NCBI GenBank assembly: GCA_009103225.1
Contig: RHPI01002220.1
Location: 3,703-67,702 of the forward strand
Reading direction: 5' to 3'
Source of the DNA: Chlorokybus atmophyticus
Taxonomy: Eukaryota; Plantae; Mesostigma and Chlorokybus algae
Length of the DNA: 64,000 nt
Shown: in pieces, positions 22,968-35,746 of the stretch
Numbering within the stretch: the first letter of the stretch is position 1
How the letters are laid out: every line of letters begins with the position of its first letter
The notes under the pieces: model-generated
The model's database searches: none
What the model was told of the DNA's origin: nothing
What the model saw: only the letters and a program-made list of their open reading frames with translations
Made by a program: the position numbers and the translations under genes

Positions 22968-25365
22968 CTACCCAGCAAACGCGTGTGCGGCGTGCGCTCC
23001 TCGCACTCCCGGCACATGCACGCGGATGAGGTTGCCCGCATGCGGCGAAGGGTTATCTCCTACGATAATACAACAAGTCAGAAACGCTTGAGATCAGGAA
23101 ACCCACACTGCTTGACAACCAATAAAACCAACACCCTGTCTGTAACAACGTACCGGGTTCTTCTCTTGTAGTGACGTACAGTTCGCTCAAGTCCACACCT
23201 GCACATAACCGAAAGCCAGTCACGCAGCGAACATACGACATACAGTGGTGTGTTGTATAACGTATGTCATCTCACCGCCAAACGTGCACGCGGTGGGTCG
23301 CTTGACGGGCAACTCCAGACGCTCAACAAGAACCCCGCCCGCGGCGGGGTCGTATGCATGCATCGCGCCGGAACCATCCTGCGCCACCCACACGCGGCCC
23401 CGTGCGTCGCACGCCAACCCGTCTGGCAACCCTGCGTGCACATGATACATGACCACATACGTCTTGCGCGCGCTCACATAACCACATAACCACATGCGCG
23501 ACACACGTCGCACCAAACACCGTGTCGTTCTCGCTTGCGATGTGAAGACGTGTTGCACACATGTTGCGATTGTAGAAGAGCATCTGAGACTGTGTGCACA
23601 TGGCGGTGCTCAGCCGCGTACATTGCCCACTTGCCTGCCTCTTTTGGTATAGAGATTGCTGTGCGCCGGTTCTTGATCTCGCCGGCTTCAACATCAAAGT
23701 CGAACACGTCGATGCGCTGTGAGGACACATTAGTAGTTGGGATGTTGGGTACATGTCCGAGAACGCGCCACCTACGCTCAAGCACTTGCCAACATTGCAT
23801 CGTCACCCTCACAATCAACATCATGAGTGGACCTGTCACTTACCCCACAATGTATGTGTGTGAAACTGACACAGACAACCACCATCCAACATTGCCGACA
23901 TTGCCAACATACCTGTGTGACGGAGTCCGTCCAGTAGAGCAGAGTCCCGTCTGGACTCCACGCCAACCCGTTCGACAATGTTGCGTCCTCCACAACCGAC
24001 CGCAAAGCGAGCGCTTTCTTCGCACCGCTATTACCACCAACACTGGAAAGGCAATGGAGTGCTCCCTTCATCGCAGAAGCATCCCTCCAGTTACTGCACA
24101 CGAGAAGGCAACACACGCACACGCACAATCGTTCAACATGCGGTAACAACAACAACACCTTGGAACATATAACCAACATACCGATTAATGGTTCCTATCC
24201 AAAGTCGGCCTTTGGCATCGCACTTTCCGTCATTGAATCTCAGAGCCTTGCGGGCCTCCTCGTCTTTGATCTTGAACAGAGGGTTGTCTGTGCCCAGGGC
24301 TCCAGTGTCCTCATCAAGTGTCTCGATCGTGTTCTGCGTATAGGCTGCTTGACTATGTGTGTACACGTGCGCGTGGATGGGTGAAACATGTGTGCCCGCG
24401 AGCATGAGCGTGCACGCATGCGCATATGTCTGCATGCGCGTGCAGGTGAGCATATATGCGCCTCGTATATGTGCAAGTACGTGCATGCATGGCAGTTCAC
24501 GTGGGTGGGTGGGTGGGAGAAAGATGTGTGTCGATGTGCGTGCGTCAACAAGTCACAAGTGCCTGACCTCGAGAGCGACGAGGAGGCCGCCACTGGCGAG
24601 CGGGACAACCGTTCCAGTTATGCGGCCACCGGTGTCCAGCTGGCGGGTGGCGCCCGTGCGCGGTTCCAATGTGTACACGCACCTGCCTTATTAGCTGTGT
24701 GAGATAGGTTTGATTCTTGGGGTTGCTGTTGAGCACCAGAAGCAAGTCAACTTCAGCGAATGCAGGTGCAGGTGGCGAAGACCAAGCAAACCGTGTATGC
24801 GCACGACAGGCATACGTGCAACATGCAGGTATGTGCATGCATGAACGCGTGTTACTCCAACATGAAGAATGTGTGCGTGTTTGGTTCAAGTGTGCACTTG
24901 CACCATGCCGCCATGGTGCACTACAACATGCAATGCCAGCTGTGAAGCGGAACCGCAACGCGCACAAGCACTTTACCACATAGAAAACACAACCGCATTT
25001 CATTACATTGCATGTCATCGCATGGCATCACACGAAAGCCCTGCCACTTGCTGCTGTTTGTTTGTGCTCTTGTTTTCGTGCTGTCCTTTCCTTTTCAGCC
25101 AGAACAACGGCTGGTTTTTAGAAATCAACCCAACAAAAACAACAACAACTCGCTTCACGATTTTCACTCAACCATCAAGCGCAACCTGTGACGTGAAAAC
25201 AGGCCGCTCCGCTCTCTCGGCGCTACGCTAGGCTTACCCCTGCAGCGGTCGTCCCGTGGTCTTCGGCCCGTAGACGTCGATCCACCGCAGCACGCCGCCG
25301 TCCCACGAGGGCGACTCGCCAAGGACGGCGCGGAGGTGCGGGGAAACCGCCTCCGCACGAGACAT
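22968..25365 (-). CDS. SMP-30/gluconolactonase/regucalcin-family beta-propeller protein, multi-exon
   Basis: LGESPSWD..LRWIDV, RFNDGKCDAKGRLWIGT, SNGLAWSPDGTLLYWTDS, GLPDGLACDARGRVWVA, PVKRPTACTFGG.DLSELYVTT. Confidence 0.93.
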
Positions 25366-25719
25366 CTTGAACAAGCAGACCTCACCCACGCTCACGGACT
25401 GAGTCTGAGTCACTTCGGCTGCCAGAAGTAAGTACACAGTGTACTGAACGCAGTGCACTTAGTCTTTGTGTGAATGTTTGCATCATCACTTGCACAGAAT
25501 GCCAGGCTTGGTTGCAGGTGCAGGTGCAGGTGCGTGCTTGCGCGCGCGTGTGTGTATGTGTGTGTGTGTGTGTGGTGGTGGTGGTGGTGGTGGTGGGGGG
25601 GGGGGGGTCTTCAGTTATACGTGAATGCAGGGAGTTTCAAGAGAGGCGCGATGTGACGTTACACCTGAGCAACTTGTGACTTGGTCAGGAGTTGCGTACG
25701 CGCGCGAACATACTACTCA

Positions 25720-26430
25720 AGCACAGGACAATTGGCAACAGTGCTGGCATCTGGAAACACACGGTGCAATGCTCACTGACACTACCATAACACGATGCCA
25801 ACTCTAAGTACACGAGGGCGTCACAGTACTGGTGTATACACACTTAGTGCAAATGATTGCAGTTTGCATTGGCAAACAGTTCATCACAGATGCGCACTCG
25901 CGCATCTGCAGCAACTCCGGCAGGGTGCAATGTACAGTGGTATGTGATGTTGGGTTGTACAAATGCAGGCGCCCTTGTGAGGCCTAATAACCTACCAACC
26001 CTGACCTTTCAAATGCATGTGTGCGCTAGAGTCCGTCTGGTGGTCCCGAAAAGAACGCGTGCGCGCGCAAGCGAGGGTTGGGCTTGGCCAGCAAGTTGAA
26101 CAACTCATCTTCTCGCAAGGACTCATCGCTGACAAACACGACGGGCTTGCCAACATCAACGGTCCTGGCCCAATCATGACAGCATCACTCAAGGCAATGC
26201 TGTCTGTGTCAAAGTGAAGCCGCATTCGTACGCCGACTGTTGGTCTGTTGGTGCTGCTCGACATCTTCATGTGCTGCTGCTAGCCTTGCTTGCTTGCCGC
26301 TCACCGTGCACAGAAACGGAGCCTCATGGCGGGCAAGGCAAGGACAAGCTGCGTAGTGGACTTGTGGCTATTGTTGTTGGAGTTGAAAAAGCCTCCGAAA
26401 GAAGGTGATTGCTCTTGGACGCTGTCTTTC
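25720..26430 (-). pseudogene. Diverged duplicate of the kinase's last coding exon and 3' region
   Basis: Aligns by eye with ~31690-32400. Encodes disrupted SHKST..RSLSLP, QARLAA and DWARTVDVGKPVVF..LRAHAFFS, with a frameshift and stops relative to the kinase tail. Confidence 0.85.
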
Positions 26431-26669
26431 AATGTCGTTGATCTCCCCCCTTCTGCTTGGAGCGGTTGCTCTGGGCTCTTCGGCCCGTAGATGTTGGCAT
26501 TCACATCATCAACCACCCAGCACACACAGCGTATCACAAGGGTTGACACGCAACGACAATGAGCGCAACCGCTCACGCTGTCGGACAATGTGGCTCAAGG
26601 TTGTTGGTACGTCTGCATCAGAACGTTATCTGTCAGACAAGCGCTGAGAACAGCAACATGTCTATGACC

Positions 26670-29600
26670 TTATTCATGACTAACCTTCAAGGTGTCCATC
26701 ACTTGCTTCATCTTCGCATTCCCCTGTCCGACGAGGTGAACCTCTTTTGCTACTATTTCGCCATTCCAATGAATTCTTGCCTTGCTGTAGCTCTTTGAGA
26801 AGTGAACAGTGAACAACTTCTCATGTCTGCGCTCCAACTTGGATGACCGCTTGCCAACAGGGCTACGTAGGTCGACGACTGCCCAATCCTTGACCACTTT
26901 CTTCTCTAGAAACAAACGGTACTTCTCTGGTACCTCAAAGCCTTCCAGATGCTCATTGGGATTGCAGCCGTCACGCACAACCTCCAAAACCACGCCAATT
27001 CCGGGCACGAGAAAATCAACCGTGACCTTGGCCCCATATTTCTACGTAGACCAACAGCACTCAATGGTAAATACACGGACAACCAACTACTTGCACAAGT
27101 ACCATCTGACAGGCATCTAGCCACGAATACACGTACTCGCTCAAAAGACGGTGGCCCAACCACGGAGTGTTGCAACATTGTTGAGAGAGCCCGGTAGAGT
27201 TCCAACTGCCAGAGCCTCTCAGAAAGAGTGCCATCAACACTGATGCTTTCCATGTTGCGCAAAGCCGCAGCATCCATGCGCGTGAGAGCGCATGTCAGCA
27301 ACCGCAAAACCGTGCCGTCCTCCGCCTTGTCCACATACGGCAAACCGTTGTACAACGCATGGAAGAAGTACTGGTAGTGGATGGGACTTGTGAACTGCAG
27401 GCTGGCAGCGGACAAGACAACATGATAAGCTGTGTGCTATGCTTGCAGCTGTTGCAACAACCGCCAATTATGATGCTACACCATGCCAACTATGACTTAG
27501 AGGTTGCATACATAGTTAAGCTGCCAATGCGGCAATATGTAGCAAGCAGTGTATGGAGGTTACCTGTCATTGCACTTCACAACTTGACCGAATCTTTGCA
27601 ACAACCGCATTGCAATGTTGTCATGATCAGGGAGCGAGCCACCCCACAATAGCGCCCTCACAATGACAGGAACTTCAGCGTACTTACAGGCAAGCCCTTT
27701 GTAGGGGAAGATGGATCGCAGCCCCTTGAGACGTTGCACAAATGTCGTTGAACTAAGTGTGCACCTGTCATTTGCACAAAGTCAAAGCGCTAGAAACTCA
27801 GAGTGAGTTATGTGTACGTTCACATACAGCCAGCAACGTAGTGCCTCGAGCATGTAGCTGACAAGCTGAGATAACCACTTACAAAGCATGTGCATCAATC
27901 TTGTCGGGGTTCCTAAGTTCGGCGCTCTTGAGGCCTTCTTCCAGCTGGTCAAGGCAAAAAGTTACGAGGCCTACCTGCGCGAAGGCACACAATGAAGGCA
28001 GGCCCACAAGCTGGGCGAAAGTAACCGTTATTTTTGCGTATGCCACGTGGTTCAACCAACAGAGTGTCCCTACCTGACCTGCGCAGATCTCATACACGTA
28101 CATTTGTATAGCCTTCCCTAGGAGCAGCTTCGTATGGCTTGTGAAGGATTGCCATAGCTCGTCCCACTCGTCAGCCTGCAGCTGCAGACTGCAAACCCCT
28201 CCGCTTTCTTCGCGAGGGAGAATATGGACTTGTAGCTCGGCAGGGATGTCAATCGGCATCGGCTTAGGGGTGCCGGATTTCCATGGGATGGAGGAGTTGG
28301 GCAAAAGCCCATGCGAGCAAGCAAGGATCATGCGCAATCCAGAAGAGGGTCTGCCCTTCTCCAATAACAGTTTTACAGAATTCCACAGCGACTGGCTCCC
28401 GGTCTTCTCTACGTAGTACAGCACCTGCGCCTCATCCACCAACACAACGGGCGTACTACGTCGTGCTCCTGTTGGAATCAAGCCAAGGCAAGCAGGAATG
28501 GCAGTTGGTGATGGACATTGACAGCAACGTGCAACGTATGCAATTAGACATGGCACATAACTGCACAAGGCACCCACGACAAACACACCTCGGACTAGCG
28601 CCTTCGGCGTAAGTCCCACCTCCTTCTGCAAGATGTCATTAAAGTTGAACGGAGGCAGGTAGTTGAGGAGGGTGATATACTTGCAGGGCAGGCCTTGAGC
28701 TTTAGCCGCTGCCTCCAAGAGCTGCAACATGCTGGTTTTGCCTGACTGGCCCGGAGCTTTCAGCATAACAAAGCCACGGGTGCTGACCAGCTCCATCAGC
28801 TGCTCGCACAGCTTTGCGCGCCGCGTGAGAAAGTCGCGTGCATTGATGCCCCAGCTGTGATGTCCTCGCAGAACACCAGGCACAATACGACTGGCATCTG
28901 CAAGCCACACCTGGTGTTAGCAAGTACCTCCTCACCACATAATGCCGGCAAGTACCAAGCAATGTCAATGAACAATTTCATGGTGAAGTGCTTACATGCA
29001 TGACTCAGCGCAGGCATGCTCACACACATGCTGTGCCCCTCCCCCCCCCCCCTTCCCCCCCCACACACNNNNNNNNNNNNNNNNNNNNNNNNNNNNNNNN
29101 CCCGCACCACCACCACCACCCCACACACATGTAACACGGCCATAGCACACATGAGATCAGCAATCAACCGCGTGCAACAACCTGCCAGCAGTGAGGAATG
29201 GCACATGGCACAGGGGTGCGGGATTAGGTGCAAGCCAGCCTGGGTTGCTTCCTGAAGCATGAGAAAACCGGATACTCATGCCCAACACAGGGCTAACAAG
29301 AACCGCCCCACACAATGTATACACACACAAGACACCATGACCGATAACAACTCAAGGTGGATGCTTGAGTGATAAGGATTGCGCATCTTCACACTTTATG
29401 TGGTGACATAAGGGGCATCAAATCTGAAGTATGTATACAGATACATCACATATCTAAGACTAGCAGTACACATGTGAGAGAGCACGGGTTGTGTATGCGT
29501 AGATGCGCTGATGGGCACCTGGAGGACGTGCATGTCGAGAGGTTGATGCTGGCGGACATATAATCTTCACTTGCACACGAGACAAGCTTAGCAGCTCATC

Positions 29601-29873
29601 AAGTGACGTTTTGGCTAAAGCAACCCATCCCCCTCGTGTGCCCACACGCCAATCTCCACCCAAAGGTATACTTCTGAGTTCTGCTGCCATTGTTGTCTCG
29701 GCATCTTCAATGAGTGCAAGCCTCACCTCCTCGGGACCGTTCACAGACACTTGTCTGACTAAAGACCATGCGTGTTGCGGAATGTCCGTCGTGTGTATGT
29801 CGACAATGGCGTACGCCACTTCTGCAATCACCACCCTTTCACACCTCGTTCGCTTTGTTCCTGCCGGAGTCAT
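26670..29873 (-). CDS. Crinkler/CR-type protein: N-terminal header + P-loop NTPase + PD-(D/E)xK-like restriction-endonuclease domain, multi-exon
   Basis: Walker A APGQSGKTS, Walker B VVLVDEAQ, then LQFTSPIH, SERLWQLELYRAL, SFER|KYGAKVTVDFLVPGIGVVLEVVRDG..EHLEGF..Y..DWAVVDLR..LFTVHFSKSY. The frame reads through with canonical GT-AG introns. The header ends in VQVKIICPP, resembling the CRN HVLVVVP position. Linker exons at 28910-29510 are uncertain. Confidence 0.78.
29069..29100. other. Assembly gap (N run)
   Basis: N run within an intron, next to poly-C. Confidence 1.
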
Positions 29874-30698
29874 TGATGGCTGTTCGACAATGTCCAGTCT
29901 ATTGTTCGCTGATGTGCTTGTAGCTTATGGCTCGTTGCAGCGAGGGCTTTGCAGGTGACTCCAATTCAATGATACTGCAGGGTTTCTCCTGGCCAAGCAG
30001 CAGGTGAGAGAACATAAGGGCTTTAGTGCTAGGACCCCAATGATTTGAGGAGATCACTCCAAGAGAGCGGGGAGAAGACACACCCATGTTATTGTGGATC
30101 AGCATGCCCTGCCAGTTCATTTAGAAATTATCAGAGCATTATCAGTTCATTCACTCATTTTTTCAGCAATGAATGTACAAATCAGCTGGCAGCAGCAACA
30201 GATTGGTTGTCAAAGATCGACAGACGCACATGGCCATCGCAGCACATGTGTGCTTCGATGTGCAACGGCCTTCTATTCACCAATGCGCAGGAGTAAGGTG
30301 TCGCAGCGTTTCACTCACTCACTCTCACAAACGCACACCGGCACACATACCGTCTAACACCTCATACTCCACACTGTCTCTCCACTAGCACAACGCTCAG
30401 TGCGTCCACACTGCGCTCCGCATGCACACACAGCCTGCGCATCCAAACGGTATAACAATAACAATCAACAACGAGCCTCAGCAATTGCGGGTGGGAGGCC
30501 GGACGACTCACCTGCAAGGAGAAGGATTTGCCTTGCGAGCCCCAACCCTCCGCCTCTCAATGGAAAATCGCCAGGACCAGCAGGGCGAGAGGTCGTGCTT
30601 CCCGCTCTCCGCCCCAAAATACCCGACCACGCGACTCCTCTACCTCGCCCTCCTCTGCTTGGACTTGCCCCCCCCCCCCCCCCCCCCCCCCCCTCGAC

Positions 30699-30723
30699 NN
30701 NNNNNNNNNNNNNNNNNNNNNNN
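30699..30723. other. Assembly gap (N run)
   Basis: N run flanked by poly-C. Confidence 1.
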
Positions 30724-31962
30724 TGCCCCCCCCCGCCCCGCCCCCCTTTCCTGCCGCCGCCGTCACCTCCACCACCGCCGCTGCTGCCTCAACAGCGCCC
30801 ACAGCACACTAGTGCTCGCTGTACAAGCTGTGTGCACGTGCAATCACACACAAGTTGGGTGTGCGCTGATGTGGTGCAGGCCTGCGGTCTTCGCCGATGG
30901 GCTCACTGGCTTGCAAGCTGGAGCCAAGAGTTTCGGTCTCCCACGTTCAAGATGGACCTATGATGGATGCATGTGGTAATGCATGTATCCCTTTCTCAGT
31001 TATGCTTGCAGTGTGGCTGTGGCTCAGGACTGCGCGGAGGTGAGGGCCCTCCGCCCGCAACATCTCACCCGCTAGCATTTGCGGGCTTGCATTACAAGCA
31101 ATGCTAACACGGTGCGTGCAATGAGTGACATGTTGTTACCTGCTTTGTTGATAAAAAAAGGGGCCAGCATATAGGGGAAAACGTAGCTGTCAATCAACTA
31201 ATCTGAGACTTGAAGAGTCATCTACCTGGTTATGCACTTGTAGAAGTTTCTTCTCACTCAAGCAACCTATTCATGGATAGGGTATAGGTCGTGTATAATG
31301 TACCCCTCCAACACACCCCAAGTCGTTGCTGATACAACTGGTGTACATTCGGTAAGTTAGTCCGAGCCTTTGTGTGAAACTGGCGGGATGCTCCAGTCCA
31401 ATGACCTACGCACACAATTCATTGGTCACTTTATGAACCTCACATGCGCTAACTGGTTTGCTTATGCTCGCTCATATACTTCTCCTGCTAATTGGCATGC
31501 CCATCAGGTACTGTGTGTTGGGGTACTTTGTAAGCAAGCAAGCAGGGTCTTGTTTGCTGCGGTTGTGTGCTTGCATGTGTGCCTGAAAACGGCAAAACTT
31601 ACAAACGCATCTTCTAATGTTTGACAGGCGCAATATGGTGATTTGGCAGTAGTGTTGTGCCACGAGCTTATGTGTGTGCGCATAGTATGTGGACAAAGCA
31701 TTGACAGCGCAGGCATTTACCACAAACATGGCGCACACCTTGCTAGCATTGCCACGCTATTGCATACTACCTCCCCAAACCCCCCGAATCTCTCAGGTCA
31801 CTGCTCTATATACACTCATTTGCAACTACTTACAGGTTGCAACGGCAAACCGTTGACCAAATCACTCGCGTCTGCGGCAACTGCGACAGGGGTACAATGT
31901 ACACTGGTACGTGAGTTGGGCTTGGATGTGGGCTTCCACCAAAGGTCCCGCCTGCGAGCGGC

Positions 31963-34807
31963 TCATAACCTATCAATCCTGACCTTCCAATTAGGCGTGC
32001 CTGCGCTGGAATCCGTCTCATGATCCGAGAACACTGCGTGTGTGCGTAAGCGAGGCTCGGGCGTGGCTAGCAAGTTGAATGACTGCTCATCTCGCAAAAT
32101 CTCATCACTGTCGAACACGACGGCTTTGCCAACATCAACTTTCCTCGCCCAATCATCAGTGTGATGCTGTCGGTTTGAAACTGAAGCCGCATTTGCTTGC
32201 TCATCGTTGATTTGTTGCTGCCGCTCGGCTGACTCTTGGACTGCTGCAAGCCTCGCTTGCACATCGCTCACTGTGCGCAGAGACAGAAGTGGTTTTCTTG
32301 CTGGTGGGGCAGGCAAGGACAAGCTGCGAGGTGTGGACTTGTGGCTGTTGGTGTTGAACTTGAAGGAGCTTCCAAGGGCAAGTGATTGCTTGACCCAGCT
32401 GCTGCTCATCATTGGCACGCTCAAGCGCTCGCCACTGTCTTGTGCGCTCATTGTTGGCGAGCTCGCTTCTGCCGTAATGATCGGAGGGATGAGGTTCAAC
32501 AGGTGCGACACTTTCCGCAGCCATGGATGCCGCGCCACTTCCTGTTTAGAGTTTTCAGCAGTTTAGCGTTGTGCACGAGTGTTGCAAACACTCAGTTTTG
32601 GACTTGCAGATTGTACTTTACAGGTTTGCTTACCCAAACTGTGAGCCGCGCCTTGGGGTTGGGGTCCAGCAAGCCCGTGATTAGATCTCTCGCTGCGCAG
32701 GATGCACATGGCACCGTAAGCACTACTTTGGTTGCAATCAATACAAGTGATACATCGACATACTATCCTGTTGAAAGGTTTACAAGTGACCAGATAAACA
32801 GTTCAATAAGATGGGTACATACCGTCACTGGAGACGCCCAACCAGTCCAGATGTGGAAACTCCACGCGGCTGGACACTATATTTTGCGCGCGTTCTGCAT
32901 CATTTTTCCCATGGAATGCTGGCTTGCCACTCAGCATGAGGTAAAGGACACAGCCGAAAGCCCACATGTCTACCGCCTGGCTGTACTCCTCTTTCCTGAT
33001 CAGCTCAGGAGCTGCACGCATAAGTTGCCATGATTCACTTCGGAAGATCGCATGAAGTAGTCAACGCCCTGTGCTGACAAGAAGGCACACAAACACAAAC
33101 CCACACATGCACTCACACAAGCACGCGCACACATACATGCACATGCACGCTCTTAGACACTGCTGCTCGTAATCCAGTGGCACTCAAGTGTGTGTGTACC
33201 ATTGTATGCGATGGTACCGCAGGGTGTGCGGGAGGACATCCGCCCGACAAAGAACTTGCCCAGGTCAAAGTCAGCTATCTTGATGTTGGAGCCCTGGTCG
33301 TTGCTTTCAGCGAACATTAGGTTTTCTGGCTTCAAGTCTCGATGAGCAATACCATCTGCAAAGGATACACAGCTTCCAGCGCATGCTAAGGTTGATTTAG
33401 CAGCAAATACACGTGAAGCCAGTTGCAGGTTGCTGAGCAATGAATCCTTACGTGCATGCAGATGGCAGAGGCCAGCCACAATCCCAGCAGCAACAGCTTG
33501 GGCTTCCGTCTCCACAAGGAACTTCTCCCTTACTATCCTGTCGAACAGCTGTCCGCCACCCAGCAGCTCCGTCACAAGCACGATGTCTCCCGCATGGTCA
33601 TAAAACCAATCCTCAAGATAAAGAACGTTCGGGTGCCTCTCCTTGTTTGCGTGCACGAGAACCTGCAAAGCCACACACGCATTGGACTCCTTGCCGATTA
33701 TGCAACGAACTTCAGAGACCATTGCCTTTGTGGCATAGCACACTTCAACTCACCTGCAGCTCGTTGAACAGTCTGCCTTGCATGGACTCCGTGTCATTGA
33801 CTGCCTTTTTCATAGCCAGTTTAACATGGGTCAGGCGACACACGCATTTCTGCACTGAAGACACTGAACCTCTGCAAACACATGTTGCATCTGAGCACAG
33901 TGCCCATGACAAGTGCGAGAGGTACCCAGAGTATACTGAAACAACTGTGACACCCCTGCAAGCAACGTACCTGCCAAGTCTGCTCCCAACCAGGTAGTAG
34001 TCATTCACTCGTCTACGCTGCAAGCATCAAGAACAGAAGGTAAGCAACGTACAGCTTGGCATTGGTGTTTAGACAACTTTCTGCTTACCAGGCCCTTGAC
34101 AGCGCGGAATCCTTGCAGCCATTCGTCGCGCTGATGGGGAGTTGTCGTGTGGAACTTCCAGGCTACATCCGCTATCGTGATGGTGAAGCTGCATTGTCCT
34201 GTGACTGATAGTTTAGCGCCGTTCAGCTGCAGAGTAAATAGCCCTTCTCCTCCCTGTAGATGTAAGCAGTAGCCAAGTTAAGCCAAAGTAAGCCAACACA
34301 TAAGCGCGCGTCCATTGATAATAGTGGTCATAGCAAAGCATATTCTGTCCTCACCTCAATTTTGAGAGCAGTGAGAAGCTCCGTCAGTGGCTGCACGTCG
34401 ACCAGCACCTCCTTTCTGAAAGTATACTTCTTCTGCACCCGACACGTGCCTTTGAAACGTGGCTGCAAGGGCACACTTCGTCAGCTGAGTGTCAAGCTTG
34501 TATCAAGCTGCGGCCTTGGAAAATACAGGCACAGCCTATTTTTGTGTGTTTGCACAGCACTGCACAACAGCAAAGCTTTACTCTTTGTGCTTCATGCATT
34601 ACACTTAGCCCACAGAATGCATACCCAAGTGCACGCTTGAACTTCAACCACGAGTATTAACAACTAACATGCACAACAGCTCCGTTCAAACAGCTTTTAC
34701 GGCATAAGCTCCCAACTGACCAGACCACGCACCTGCTGGACTGGCCCGTGGTCGAACTCTTGACGCCATTGGCTATCACTACGTTTGAGGCACACACCAA
34801 GACCCAT
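31963..34807 (-). CDS. CAMK-group Ser/Thr protein kinase with DFD motif and N-terminal PH-like domain, multi-exon
   Basis: LGRGSVSSV, LAMKK, NEL, HPNVLYLEDWF, VTELLGGGQLFDRIV, AHRDLKPENLMF, KIADFDLG, TPCGTIAYN|APEL, AVDMWAFGCVLYLMLSGKPAF, ARDLITGLLDPNPKARLT. An upstream exon ends FHTTTPHQRDEWLQGF (PH C-terminal helix-like). The start (MGLGVC, ATG 34807) and second exon are tentative. Confidence 0.88.
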
Positions 34808-35746
34808 TGCTGCCACCAAACAATTCAGTGCAGCGCTGCGCTGCTCTACTTCTCAACTGCTACCACTAACAATCCAAAGCTTGCTCAATCTCCCACCTGC
34901 GAGCTACTTGACTGCCACCCAGTCTGCCCATTATAGCTATGTTGACAAGTTTTGCTTGGCCATTGAGACTGGGCGGCATTGTCGGCGTGCTAGCTTCAGA
35001 AGCATTGAACCATCCTGCGTAAATAAGGAGCTTCTCATGCAGGGGCGCGCGCTCCAGTGCGCTTTTGGGCGCAGATTTCGCTGCTTGCTTGCGAAGTCTT
35101 GTCACTTTCCCTGCTGCTGCAGCTGCTGCTTCAACTTGAGATAGTCAGCTGTGACAATTGCTGCTGCTTCAGCTTTGTCAGCTTGAGGTAGTCAGCTGCG
35201 AGCATCAGCCGACCAGATGAAGCAGAAGCATACGTAGTTTTCTGGCTGTCACCGTCAACGCCAAAGCAGCTGTCCCATCCAATACCAGCACTCCTCAGCT
35301 ACTGGCCTAGCCTGGCCTGGTTGTACTTTTCACTTGACAACACGCACACTAGCGTTTTTAACCAACCAACGAACACATACAAGCACAGCTTTCTGCAAAG
35401 CTTTGGTTGATAAGACCGTGCGCGCCGCCTCCACTGCCGCCGCCGCTAGCGTCCACGTGGCAAAGTTTGGAAGCTTCAGGTGCAGCTGCTGTGTGCGTTT
35501 TGGTCTGACCAAACGATCACATGGCGTTTCAGCACATGACTCTTTGGTTGGACCCGTTGCGATGTATATCTGTCGTCTGTAAGACTGATGTAGCGCCCAC
35601 CGGAACGGATGTCCTACAAACCGGAGCTGTTAGTGCACGGTAACAGACTGTCACCAACTCGTCACTCTTGAGTCATGAGACTTGTTGAGTTACATCATGC
35701 TTCGAAGGCCTTTACGCTTGTACATTATGAAAGCTCTATTGCAATT

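Noticed and set aside
8367-25365. Possible carbon-metabolism gene cluster (ribokinase, monooxygenase, PEPC, gluconolactonase-like)
   Set aside because: The enzymes do not form a coherent pathway and are interleaved with ARPC3. Most likely ordinary gene order.
27000-27150. Apparent frameshift in the Crinkler nuclease domain
   Set aside because: A phase-0 GTACGT...CGTAG intron joins SFER to KYGAK in frame, so the gene need not be a pseudogene.
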